DNA of 64,000 nucleotides, taken from NCBI GenBank assembly GCA_014729505.1, contig WJJS01000001.1, positions 12,938 to 76,937 on the forward strand, given 5' to 3'. The stretch is from Candidatus Woesearchaeota archaeon (lineage in GTDB: Archaea > Nanobdellota > Nanobdellia > Woesearchaeales > ARS49). The position numbers and the translations under genes were made by a program. This document shows positions 18,128-26,346 of this stretch, in pieces; the first letter of the stretch is position 1, and each line of letters opens with the position of its first letter. The notes beneath the pieces are model-generated. The model was not told where the DNA came from and did no database searches. It saw nothing but the letters and a program-made list of their open reading frames with translations.

Positions 18128-18754
18128 ATGGGGGCGTTACTCTTTGACTTTTGGGGAACATTGCTAGATCACGGCACGTACAGTCCTATTCGACAAACAT
18201 ACAAGATCATGCGACCACGCATGAGATTTGGTGATTTTGTTCCTCGATTCGAACAAGCTTTTATGACCGCCACATTCGAATCACAAGAACAGGCGTTTAA
18301 GGCGGCAGCAGAAGAACTCCACGTACGGCTCAAACCATTCATGGTTGACAAACTTATAGGTTTATGGAACAAAAGCCGTCTTCTCGCACAACCATACCCA
18401 GAAACATTTACTGTTCTTGAAGATCTCAAAAAAGAACACAAACTCGTCCTCTTGTCCAATACAGATTGTTTTGTAGAATCAGTGCTTAATAAATTTGAGA
18501 TAGAAAAATACTTCGATCTTATAGCACTATCATACCAAACCGGACTACTCAAGCAAGACGCGAAATCATTTGCATTAGTAGCAAAAAAACTGAAAATGAA
18601 AAAAAATGATCTCATCATGATTGGTGACAGCATGGAAACAGACATAAACGGAGCGGAACGCGCAGGAGTGCGAGCGATACTTGTAGATCGACGTGATCGA
18701 CGAGCACACGATCCAAAGATTGCAGATCTGACAGGACTCAAGGAGGTACTGTAA
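18128..18754 (+). CDS. HAD-superfamily hydrolase
   Basis: 208-aa ORF with LLFDFWGTLL (DxDxT-type motif I variant), LLSNTD and IGDSMETDINGAERAG. Confidence 0.75.
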   Translation: MGALLFDFWGTLLDHGTYSPIRQTYKIMRPRMRFGDFVPRFEQAFMTATFESQEQAFKAAAEELHVRLKPFMVDKLIGLWNKSRLLAQPYPETFTVLEDLKKEHKLVLLSNTDCFVESVLNKFEIEKYFDLIALSYQTGLLKQDAKSFALVAKKLKMKKNDLIMIGDSMETDINGAERAGVRAILVDRRDRRAHDPKIADLTGLKEVL

Positions 18755-19161
18755 TGGACTGTTTGTTTTGCAAGATCGCGAAAAAAGAAATGCCAAGCGA
18801 AGTCCTCTACGAAGACGACGATATTTTTTGCTTCTTAGACATTAGGCCAATCAACAAAGGACACGCACTTATCATACCAAAACAACACCACGAAAACCTC
18901 TTTGATACGCCAGACGACTTGCTCAGCAAACTGATCATTACCGCCAAAAAACTAGGAAAGGTCATCCTGAACACCGTACAAGCTGACGGTCTTAATCTGG
19001 GCATGAACAACAAGCCAGCAGCAGGACAAGTAATTTTTCACACACACTTACATGTCATGCCGCGATTTGAAGATGACGGACATACACACTGGAAAGGAAA
19101 AGAAACAACAAAAACAGAGCGCGAAGCAGTAGCAGAAAAAATCAAAGAACAACTGCACTAG
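18754..19161 (+). CDS. HIT-family nucleotide hydrolase (HinT-like)
   Basis: 135-aa ORF with MDCLFCKI, NKGHALIIPK and histidine triad HTHLHVMPR. Confidence 0.85.
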   Translation: MDCLFCKIAKKEMPSEVLYEDDDIFCFLDIRPINKGHALIIPKQHHENLFDTPDDLLSKLIITAKKLGKVILNTVQADGLNLGMNNKPAAGQVIFHTHLHVMPRFEDDGHTHWKGKETTKTEREAVAEKIKEQLH

Positions 19162-19257
19162 CAAGAGCGCTATACTCCACATATTTCTTAAGTATACCTG
19201 CAGCTAAATGATAAAAATAGTCTGTGCGTTCTTTTTACTTCCATTCTTTTAAAAGAG

Positions 19258-19936
19258 GTGTTAATCGTGTCCCAAAAACAATTTACAACAGTATCGATCA
19301 TAGTCTTTCTCGTTTTGCTGAGCAGTACAGTACTCGCTATCTGCGATCAAACAATTGGAACATCAACAACGCTCAGTAGCGATATCGTGAACTGCAGCAC
19401 AACAAATGGGGTAACCATAAACTCGTCAAACGTCGTGCTGGATTGTGCAGGTCACACGATAATGAGCAATGGGACAGGTCTGCTCAATATTTACGGTGTG
19501 GAAGTAGAACCGGGATTAACAAATGTGACTATACAAAACTGAAACATAAACGGATACTGCAGAACTACGCATTAATGGAGGAATTGTCAATATTAGACAA
19601 GGACGAAGCGTTAACGTAGATCTTGACAATGATAATAAAGCCGATCTGGTCATAACGACAACTAGCGTAGAGTACAGCACACTTGGAGTGACACTGAAAA
19701 AGTACGAAAAACCAGAACCGGTCATTACAGGAGAAGCCACGACAGAGGAACCAACAACAGAACCAGAACCTGAGCCGGTTGACGAACCAGTTGTGCAACC
19801 ACAGCCCGAACCTGAAAGCGACGAGCAAGCAGAGCCCGAACCAGAACCGCAACGTTCTGTTTTGCTTTACATCGTCATTGCAGGAGTAGGTTTAGTAGGC
19901 ATTGGCATTGTGGTGTGGTACTTATTCAAAAAATAG
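19258..19936 (+). pseudogene. Probable remnant of a surface protein: signal peptide + beta-helix start, then a broken middle, then a Pro/Glu-rich stalk + C-terminal TM anchor
   Basis: ORF 19258-19542 has a signal peptide and beta-helix-like NSSNVVLDCAGHTI/NVTIQN repeats. Positions 19543-19687 have stops in all three forward frames. ORF 19688-19936 is a PEPEP linker plus a TM helix. Confidence 0.4.
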
Positions 19937-20032
19937 AAGGCAGGAAAACCCCTGCTCATTTTTACTTTCTTTTTTCTCAAGAGTACAAAAACCTTTAAAA
20001 AAGACTTGTCTTCTCGAATATTCCAGAAGTAT

Positions 20033-20108
20033 GGTGGCGGAGTGGCATATTCCGATGTTTTCCGCCATCGACACGGAGGTCCGATCTCGCTTGCGCGAGA
20101 TCCGACGG
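20033..20108 (+). ncRNA. Truncated tRNA-Met 5' copy (14 nt) fused to the conserved two-hairpin element
   Basis: GGTGGCGGAGTGGC (20033-20046) repeats 20133-20146. The element at 20047-20108 has hairpins CGATG-N8-CATCG and GTCCGATCTCGC-TTGC-GCGAGATCCGAC. Confidence 0.6.
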
Positions 20109-20135
20109 TAGTCAAGTAACACGAGTATCATTGGT

Positions 20136-20253
20136 GGCGGAGTGGCTTAGCCTGGTTAGAGCACCGCGCTCATAGGTCATACCTTTGAGCACTGAGCTTT
20201 CGAGCTATGACGAAGAAACGCGGGGGTCACGAGTTCAAATCTCGTCTCCGCCA
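20136..20253 (+). tRNA. tRNA-Met/Ile2-type (anticodon CAT) with a 43-nt canonical intron (37/38)
   Basis: Acceptor GGCGGAG/CTCCGCC, anticodon arm CCGCG-CTCATA[intron]A-CGCGG, T arm ACGAG-TTCAAAT-CTCGT, discriminator A, T6 run after. G1:C72 argues against an initiator. Confidence 0.8.
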
Positions 20254-20396
20254 CTTTTTTATGGTGGGTGAGTGTAAGCGAACCCTCCTTTTTTTTCACA
20301 TTTTTCTCAAAAATTTGGTTTATTTTTTTGTCTTTGCCACTTTTTTTGTGCTGTTGAGCGTTAGCGAGGCGCACTTGTCATTTCACAGTACCATGC

Positions 20397-20759
20397 TCAA
20401 TCCTCAAAGGGATGAGAAAAAAGACGAAGATGCTGCTCAAGTTGGTGAGGATCCCAGATTTCAAGATGCGTAGAAAAAGGAATTATTTGACAGCGATTTG
20501 TCCACGGCCATGTTTCAGGATCGGGGAATCGCAGGTACGGATTGCAGACGACTTCATAGCGTTGCAGCACATCAAGATCAGGTGTTTGTTCAATGAGGTA
20601 TTCTTGATCTTTAGTAACAAGCAAGCCCATAACGAAAGCATCTTCAAGTACGCGGCATAACGTGTTGCGACCGTACCATCGACTGCATTCTTGAGGAAGC
20701 GCCAATTTATTATTACGATACGTGATAATGGGAGATAAGGGTATTGAGCGTCTTCGCAT
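20397..20759 (-). CDS. Hypothetical protein
   Basis: 120-aa ORF with no family I recognise. Confidence 0.35.
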   Translation of the reverse strand: MRRRSIPLSPIITYRNNKLALPQECSRWYGRNTLCRVLEDAFVMGLLVTKDQEYLIEQTPDLDVLQRYEVVCNPYLRFPDPETWPWTNRCQIIPFSTHLEIWDPHQLEQHLRLFSHPFED

Positions 20760-20866
20760 GACAATACAGACAAAAAAACGATTTATAAATGCCGCGATAA
20801 AAGGCCATTACAACCTAAACGTTTAAATAGAAAATTTGCCTAATTGGCAAAAAAGGAGGTGAATTC

Positions 20867-21232
20867 ATGGCAAAAAAACCATCAATGTGGAAGCAAGTAG
20901 GTAATTGGGCCTTTATAGGCGGTGTTATCCTTGCAGTAGTGATTGGACTATTTTCTAGTCAAGTCGGCAATCTTGGACCTACACTCACGACAGTACTCGT
21001 CATTTTAGGATTGATCGTAGGATTGCTCAATGTCCAACCAGACGAAGCACTACACTTTTTGGCAGCTGCAGTCTCAATTGTTGTCGTCGCAGAATTTGGC
21101 GGTGCAGGATTTGAGCAAGTACAAACAGTAGGACCTGCTCTATCAGGACTATTTATGTCGCTTAAGACGTTTGTCGTTCCGGCAACAGTCGTTGTGGCAT
21201 TAGCAGCACTCTTTAGTGTAGCACGAGACTAA
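20867..21232 (+). CDS. Small membrane protein (about 4 TM)
   Basis: 121-aa hydrophobic ORF preceded by GGAGGTG 6 nt upstream of the ATG. Confidence 0.55.
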   Translation: MAKKPSMWKQVGNWAFIGGVILAVVIGLFSSQVGNLGPTLTTVLVILGLIVGLLNVQPDEALHFLAAAVSIVVVAEFGGAGFEQVQTVGPALSGLFMSLKTFVVPATVVVALAALFSVARD

Positions 21233-21293
21233 GTCTCGTCTTTTTCTTTTTCTTTTCATAACATTTTTAAGGAGTATATTTGACTTGCAGATC

Positions 21294-22355
21294 ATGGTTT
21301 ATTCGCTAGTCAGACCGCTGCTTTTTCGCATGGACGCAGAAAAAGTACATCATCGCCTCGTCAGGTTAGGAACGATGCTCCAACAAGTTCCCCTCGTCTT
21401 GCCGGTGCTTCGCAGTATCTTCACGTATCAGCATCCCGCACTACACGTACAAGTGGACGGCGTAGCGTATGAAAACCCGATAGGGTTAGCAGCAGGTTTT
21501 GACAAAAACGGCGAAATACCTCGATTTATGAGCAGTTTTGGTTTTGGACACGTAGAAATAGGCTCTGTGACAAGTAAACAACACACAGGCAATCCAAAAC
21601 CGCGAGTGCATCGCGTAATAGAAGAACAAGCATTAGTTATCAATTATGGACTAGCAAATCACGGTGCTGCAACAGTAAAACGACGAATAGCAGCGTATGA
21701 TGAAAAGATGCCTATTGGAATTAGCATCGCAAAGACACCCCGCGTAGGAGGAGAACAAGGGATACGCGATTACGCACAATCATTTAGAGATCTATCCATG
21801 CATGGAACGTATACGACGATAAACATCAGTTGTCCAAATGTGGCAGACGGAGAAACGTATGGAGAGAATCCCCGATTATTGCGATCTTTATTGCAAACAC
21901 TCTCAAAAGAAAAAATCGTCTCACCCGTATATCTCAAACTCAAACCAGATTATTCGCACAAACAAATCGATGACATACTCGAGGTTATCAATTCGTTTCC
22001 GTTTGTAAAAGGAGTAATCATCGGCAATCTCACAAAAGAACGAAAAGGGGCAGTCGCGAAAAGAACAGAGTCGGGCGGTATCAGCGGAAAACCAACTAGA
22101 AACAAAAGCACAGCATTAATACGATACGTCTACAAGAAAACAAATGGTCAACTCACCATTATTGGGTGCGGCGGTATCTTTACTGCCCAAGACGCGTATG
22201 ACAAAATAACATCCGGAGCAAGCATGTTACAACTCATAACGGGCATGATCTATTTAGGACCTAGCACCATAAGAAACATCAATAAAGGGCTTGTTACACT
22301 GCTCGAACAAGACGGATTTAAAAGCATCACCGAAGCAACAGGTTCGCGAGCGTGA
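21294..22355 (+). CDS. pyrD: Dihydroorotate dehydrogenase (class-2-like architecture)
   Basis: NPIGLAAGFDKNGE, GFGHVEIGSVT, GNPKPRVHR, INISCPN and IIGCGGI. I use the ATG at 21294 rather than the TTG at 21285. Confidence 0.85.
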   Translation: MVYSLVRPLLFRMDAEKVHHRLVRLGTMLQQVPLVLPVLRSIFTYQHPALHVQVDGVAYENPIGLAAGFDKNGEIPRFMSSFGFGHVEIGSVTSKQHTGNPKPRVHRVIEEQALVINYGLANHGAATVKRRIAAYDEKMPIGISIAKTPRVGGEQGIRDYAQSFRDLSMHGTYTTINISCPNVADGETYGENPRLLRSLLQTLSKEKIVSPVYLKLKPDYSHKQIDDILEVINSFPFVKGVIIGNLTKERKGAVAKRTESGGISGKPTRNKSTALIRYVYKKTNGQLTIIGCGGIFTAQDAYDKITSGASMLQLITGMIYLGPSTIRNINKGLVTLLEQDGFKSITEATGSRA

Positions 22356-22413
22356 AAGAAAACCACGTTCAAATCCGTAAACTTCTTAACTGGGGCATTT
22401 TATGTGCATATAT

Positions 22414-22462
22414 GCCGACGTCGCATACTCTGCGTATCGATGTTTTCCGCCATCGACACGGA
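22414..22462 (+). repeat. Truncated tRNA-Ser 5' copy (14 nt) followed by a partial copy of the conserved element
   Basis: GCCGACGTCGCATA matches the first 14 nt of the tRNA-Ser at 22756. 22438-22462 (CGATGTTTTCCGCCATCGACACGGA) is identical to 20053-20077. The second hairpin is absent. Confidence 0.6.
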
Positions 22463-22539
22463 CGCGCGGCATTCGCTATTGCTCAGCCCCGCAAGACACA
22501 AATCTTAAAAGGCAGTTCCTTTGTTACTCACTTATTCTT

Positions 22540-22718
22540 GCCGACGTCGCATAATCTGGTACGCTAAAAAACGCATTAGCGTTTTTGGCGCGCCGAAAAG
22601 CTTTGCTTTTCTCGCGTTGCGCCGGTCTTGAAAACCGGTTCCCTTGGGTGCTCGAAAATCTGCGATTTTCGGCACGTACAAAAGCTGACGCTTTTGTCCG
22701 TATCCCGTTTCAAATCCG
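22540..22718 (+). pseudogene. tRNA-Ser(TGA)-like copy with two large insertions/introns and no 3' acceptor strand
   Basis: Matches 22756-22818 except for a 55-nt insertion in the D loop (22562-22616) and a 52-nt insertion at the variable-arm/T-stem junction (22650-22701). The T arm is degenerate (CCCGT) and the sequence diverges after AAATCCG. Confidence 0.55.
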
Positions 22719-22755
22719 TAAACTTCTTAACTAGTGGCATTTCATGCGCATATAT

Positions 22756-22837
22756 GCCGACGTCGCATAATCTGGTATTGCGCCGGTCTTGAAAACCGGT
22801 TCCCTTGGGTATCCCGGTTCAAATCCGGGCGTCGGCG
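22756..22837 (+). tRNA. tRNA-Ser (anticodon TGA), no intron
   Basis: Acceptor GCCGACG/CGTCGGC, anticodon arm CCGGT-CTTGAAA-ACCGG, long variable arm TTCCCTTGGGTAT, T arm CCCGG-TTCAAAT-CCGGG, discriminator G. Confidence 0.85.
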
Positions 22838-22891
22838 TTTCTATGACGCGAAAGCGTCATCCCATTTTTGAAGTAGTGATTTGAACCGGGG
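22833..22891. repeat. 59-nt direct repeat, left copy (starts in the last 5 nt of tRNA-Ser)
   Basis: CGGCGTTTCTATGACGCGAAAGCGTCATCCCATTTTTGAAGTAGTGATTTGAACCGGGG is identical to 23751-23809. Confidence 0.9.
22843..22869 (+). terminator. Hairpin ATGACGC-GAAA-GCGTCAT plus T5 run after tRNA-Ser
   Basis: Perfect 7-bp stem and T-run. It lies inside the 59-nt direct repeat, so it recurs at 23761-23787. Confidence 0.5.
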
Positions 22892-23068
22892 CCAGTCAAG
22901 CTTTGCTTGACGTTGTCCTGGTTTCAAATCCGGGCGTCGGCGTTGTGGGCGCGTTAGCGCTCTTTTTTGTTGTTGTGATTTGAACCGGGGCCAGTCAAGC
23001 TTTGCTTGACGTTGTCCTGGTTTCAAATCCGGGTGTCGGCGTTGTGGGCGCGTTAGCGCTCTTTTTTT
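22876..23068 (+). repeat. Two tandem 99-nt units, each holding an inverted T-arm copy, a hairpin, a tRNA-Ser 3'-end-like segment and a hairpin + T-run
   Basis: Units start at 22876 and 22975, with one mismatch in about 90 nt. Each contains GATTTGAACCGGGG (reverse complement of the T arm) and CCTGGTTTCAAATCCGGG(C/T)GTCGGCG. Confidence 0.85.
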
Positions 23069-23135
23069 GATTGCTGCATCATTTCGAATCTAAACCATAA
23101 CCTTTATAAACTATGGCCACTATAGTAACTATAGT

Positions 23136-23336
23136 ATGCCAACAACTATCCAACTCAGCAAAGAAACCAAGAAGCTAATAAGCACGTTTGGTTCCAAAGA
23201 AGATACTTACGACACGATAATTAGAAGACTGTACAAATTAGCTGTTAAGGAGCAACTGAAAGAATTCTTGCTCTCATCAGAAGGAACAATGCCGATAGAT
23301 GAGGCGATTAAGAAAGCCAAGAAAAAATGGCAATAG
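23136..23336 (+). CDS. Putative type II antitoxin (archaeal VapB/DUF217-like)
   Basis: 66-aa ORF. TIQLSKETKKLISTFGSKEDTYDTIIRRL matches the short archaeal antitoxin pattern. It overlaps the downstream gene by 10 nt. Confidence 0.5.
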   Translation: MPTTIQLSKETKKLISTFGSKEDTYDTIIRRLYKLAVKEQLKEFLLSSEGTMPIDEAIKKAKKKWQ

Positions 23337-23668
23337 TAGAGATTACGAAAACACTCTATGAACAGATAGATCGAAAATTCAAAGGAAAAAGTGTCAAAGT
23401 ATTACAACATTTGAAATCATTAGAAGAATCGCCAAAGAAAGGAAAACTCCTAGGAACCATAGGAGGAATAGTGATTAAAGAAGTAAAGTATGAAGGTTTC
23501 AGATTTTATTTCATCACCGACGGATTCAAACTCAAATATACCTCCTCTGAAGATCTTACCGACTTACTTTTGCGGGTTGTAAGAATGTCAGATAAGAAAC
23601 ATCAGCAACAGACTATCGACGAGATCAAACAGATTCTACTAACCATCGGTGTTGAAGGTTTGACTTGA
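23327..23668 (+). CDS. Putative RelE/ParE-fold toxin
   Basis: 113-aa ORF. LKSLEESPKKGKLLGTIGGIVIKEVKYEGFRFYFITDG fits the RelE-like core pattern, and the gene is coupled to the upstream small gene. Confidence 0.45.
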   Translation: MAIVEITKTLYEQIDRKFKGKSVKVLQHLKSLEESPKKGKLLGTIGGIVIKEVKYEGFRFYFITDGFKLKYTSSEDLTDLLLRVVRMSDKKHQQQTIDEIKQILLTIGVEGLT

Positions 23669-23750
23669 TAGCCTTCCTTGGCTTGATGTAATGCAAACCG
23701 CATGCACAGGTAAAAAATAACTCAAAAGAAGCCCAGAACCAACCATACAC

Positions 23751-23809
23751 CGGCGTTTCTATGACGCGAAAGCGTCATCCCATTTTTGAAGTAGTGATTT
23801 GAACCGGGG
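23751..23809. repeat. 59-nt direct repeat, right copy
   Basis: Identical to 22833-22891. Confidence 0.9.
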
Positions 23810-23854
23810 ATCTTTGCTTGGCAGTATGCTGATGAAAATACGGCGTTTCAAGAA

Positions 23855-24286
23855 TTATATCAAACCAGTAATTGCTGCAGAGACAAAGAAAATGATGAGG
23901 AAAAAACCAAGCATAATCACATTTGCAGCGATCATGAACCCGAGCCAGACAAGACCGACAAGAGCGCCCTTACCGTAATCAACATGCAACATCCACGAAG
24001 GCAAAAGCAAATACAACGCGAGCTGTACGATCATACCAATAGCACTGATAATGATACTTGCAAACGAGCCCACATTCATAGCAAGCAATCCTATAAGAGC
24101 ACTGAACACGCCAAGAATCAGCGCAGGCCACAACGATTGCACATACGTTCGCGGCACATGAAAAATCTTCGCACTCAACCACAACAGCAAGGCACTAAGA
24201 GGAGTAAAGATAACAAAAACAACAAGAGAGACAATAAGTGTTCCAAGAAAACTCAGGTATGGCAGCTGAGGCTCAACGATCGTCAT
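23855..24286 (-). CDS. Small membrane protein (4 TM)
   Basis: 143-aa hydrophobic ORF. Confidence 0.5.
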   Translation of the reverse strand: MTIVEPQLPYLSFLGTLIVSLVVFVIFTPLSALLLWLSAKIFHVPRTYVQSLWPALILGVFSALIGLLAMNVGSFASIIISAIGMIVQLALYLLLPSWMLHVDYGKGALVGLVWLGFMIAANVIMLGFFLIIFFVSAAITGLI

Positions 24287-24382
24287 AGTAGTGGAAAGCA
24301 GACGTCACATAAAAACTTTGCTAGAGAACATTCTAGATCTATAACTATTGTACACTGCTCGAAAAACAATGAAGATCACGTT

Positions 24383-24625
24383 TCACTCGATATCCTCATC
24401 AGCTAACAACGCTGGTTCAGTAAAACCCTGCAGCATATCAAGAATCTGAATAATATAATCCTCGTCCACCTCAGTAAACTCATTACCCTGCATACTGTCA
24501 AGAAAATCCTGAAATAATTTAAAAATCTGAGCCTTTTTCATACCTTTCTCAGACAAATCAAGAACTACTTGCTGCAAAGCTTGCAGAGGGTCAGCAGAAC
24601 GAAGAGCGTTTTTTATTTGTCGCAT
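24383..24625 (-). CDS. Small acidic protein, unknown function
   Basis: 80-aa ORF whose ATG overlaps the S10 stop codon (TAATG), indicating translational coupling. Confidence 0.45.
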   Translation of the reverse strand: MRQIKNALRSADPLQALQQVVLDLSEKGMKKAQIFKLFQDFLDSMQGNEFTEVDEDYIIQILDMLQGFTEPALLADEDIE

Positions 24626-24948
24626 TAGACATCAATCATTTCGATTTCAATCTTTACAGATTCTGCGGGAATTTGAATACGCATAACGAGTCGCAAAGCG
24701 CGCTCATCAAGACCAAGATCGATTAATCGCTTGAAAATACGCATTTCATAGCGTTCCCACGTCGCAGTACCATCACCAGAAGTTGCCTTACGGGTAGTCA
24801 GACGAAGTTTCTTAGTAGGAAGAGGTACGGGCCCGCGCATTTCTGCACCGGTTTTTTCAGCTATATCAGAGATTGCCTTGCAGATATCGTTCAACTTGTC
24901 GATATCGATACTGGTTAGTTTTATTCGGGCCTTTTGCATGGTAAACAA
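24625..24948 (-). CDS. rps10: 30S ribosomal protein S10 (uS10)
   Basis: ARIKLTS...MRGPVPLPTKKLRLTTRK...TWERYEMRIFKRLIDL. Confidence 0.9.
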   Translation of the reverse strand: MFTMQKARIKLTSIDIDKLNDICKAISDIAEKTGAEMRGPVPLPTKKLRLTTRKATSGDGTATWERYEMRIFKRLIDLGLDERALRLVMRIQIPAESVKIEIEMIDV

Positions 24949-24965
24949 AAAAATAAAAGGGCTAT

Positions 24966-26255
24966 TTAAGCCTTTTTAACAAGATCAACACAGACGCCAG
25001 CAGCGACTGTCTTACCACTGTCACGAACAGCAAAGCGGGACAATTTTGGATTGTCCTTTTGCGTCTCAATGACCAACGCTTGTACCGGCTTGAACTTGAT
25101 GATCGCAATGTCTCCATTCTTGACAAAATCAGGCTTTTCCTGAAGCGTCTCACCAGTAGCAGGGTTTAGTGTCTTTACGATCTCTGTTACTCTACACGCG
25201 ACCTGAGCCGTGTGAATGTGGAACACAGGTGTGTAGCCGATAGTGATCACAGATGGGTGATCCATTACCACTACTTGACCGGTAAACTCCGTAGCAACTG
25301 TAGGCGGATTGTCTGTATGTCCTAGCACATCTCCACGAGCGATATCCTTAATACCAATACCACGAACGGAGAATCCAACATTATCGCCGGGCAGAGCCTT
25401 TTGCATTTGCTGGTGGTGCATCTCAATGGACTTACACTCTCCAGTCACTCCCTTACCTTCACGACCAGGAGTTACAATAACCTTATCACCGACCTTCATT
25501 ACTCCAGTCTCAACTTTACCAACGGGAACAACGCCAATACCCTTGATGTTATACACGTCTTGCAAAGGCAAGCGGAGAGGAAGATCCGTAGGTTTTTCAG
25601 GAACATTCAAACTGTTCAATGCGTCAAGCAGTGTCTTACCCTGGTACCAAGGCATCTTGTCAGATTTCTTGACAACATTATCGCCTTTTAGAGAAGCAAT
25701 AGCAACAAATTGTACGTCGTCAACCTTCCAACCGGCTGTCGTTAGAGTCTTCTTGACATCTTCAACAACCTTCTTGAACTTGTCTTCAGAGTACTCAACT
25801 CCGCTGATATCCATTTTGTTAACAGCAACGATAAGCTGGCTAACGCCAAGGATCTTTGACAATCGGGAATGCTCAATCGTTTGAGCATTAACACCGTCAT
25901 TAGCAGCGACAACAAGCACGGCAGCATCCGCTTGAGATGTTCCCGTAATCATGTTTTTGACAAAATCCCTGTGTCCAGGAGCGTCAATGATCGTAAAATA
26001 GAACTTGTCTGATTTGAATTCTTTGTGCGCAAGATCGATAGTTACACCGCGCTCCTGCTCTTCCTTTAATCCATCCATAACAAAAGCAAACTCAAAACCG
26101 CCCTTACCGAGCTGTTCAGCTTTCTCTTTGAGTTTACGCATTGCTTGCTCATCAATGTTTCCACTATCGAAAAGCAATCGTCCAACCGTCGTGGACTTTC
26201 CGTGGTCAACGTGTCCAATGAACACGAGATTCATGTGTGGTTTATCTTCAGCCAT
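24966..26255 (-). CDS. tuf: Translation elongation factor EF-1alpha
   Basis: 429-aa ORF with [27 protein letters not shown] and the archaeal/eukaryal EF-1alpha C-terminal domains. Confidence 0.95.
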   Translation of the reverse strand: MAEDKPHMNLVFIGHVDHGKSTTVGRLLFDSGNIDEQAMRKLKEKAEQLGKGGFEFAFVMDGLKEEQERGVTIDLAHKEFKSDKFYFTIIDAPGHRDFVKNMITGTSQADAAVLVVAANDGVNAQTIEHSRLSKILGVSQLIVAVNKMDISGVEYSEDKFKKVVEDVKKTLTTAGWKVDDVQFVAIASLKGDNVVKKSDKMPWYQGKTLLDALNSLNVPEKPTDLPLRLPLQDVYNIKGIGVVPVGKVETGVMKVGDKVIVTPGREGKGVTGECKSIEMHHQQMQKALPGDNVGFSVRGIGIKDIARGDVLGHTDNPPTVATEFTGQVVVMDHPSVITIGYTPVFHIHTAQVACRVTEIVKTLNPATGETLQEKPDFVKNGDIAIIKFKPVQALVIETQKDNPKLSRFAVRDSGKTVAAGVCVDLVKKA

Positions 26256-26346
26256 TGTAAGTTACCCCCTCTTCTCTTGAGTATACCTGAAAAGATTTTA
26301 TGACCCTATATAAATGTTACTGTTAATGTGAGATGCTCTTCTCGTC

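Noticed and set aside
18169-18741. A 190-aa minus-strand ORF covering the HAD hydrolase gene.
   Set aside because: It is antisense to a gene with clear HAD motifs, and its translation is Ser/Arg-rich with no motifs.
20175-20217. A possible C/D-box sRNA inside the tRNA-Met intron (CTGA at about 20192 and ATGACGA at about 20207).
   Set aside because: The box order is wrong (the D-like box precedes the C-like box), the C-like box has a mismatch, and there is no terminal C/D pair or kink-turn context.
22841-23026. A 61-aa minus-strand ORF with an internally repeated peptide (KPGQRQAKLDWPRFKS twice).
   Set aside because: The repeat simply mirrors the two 99-nt tRNA-derived tandem units, so it is not a credible gene.
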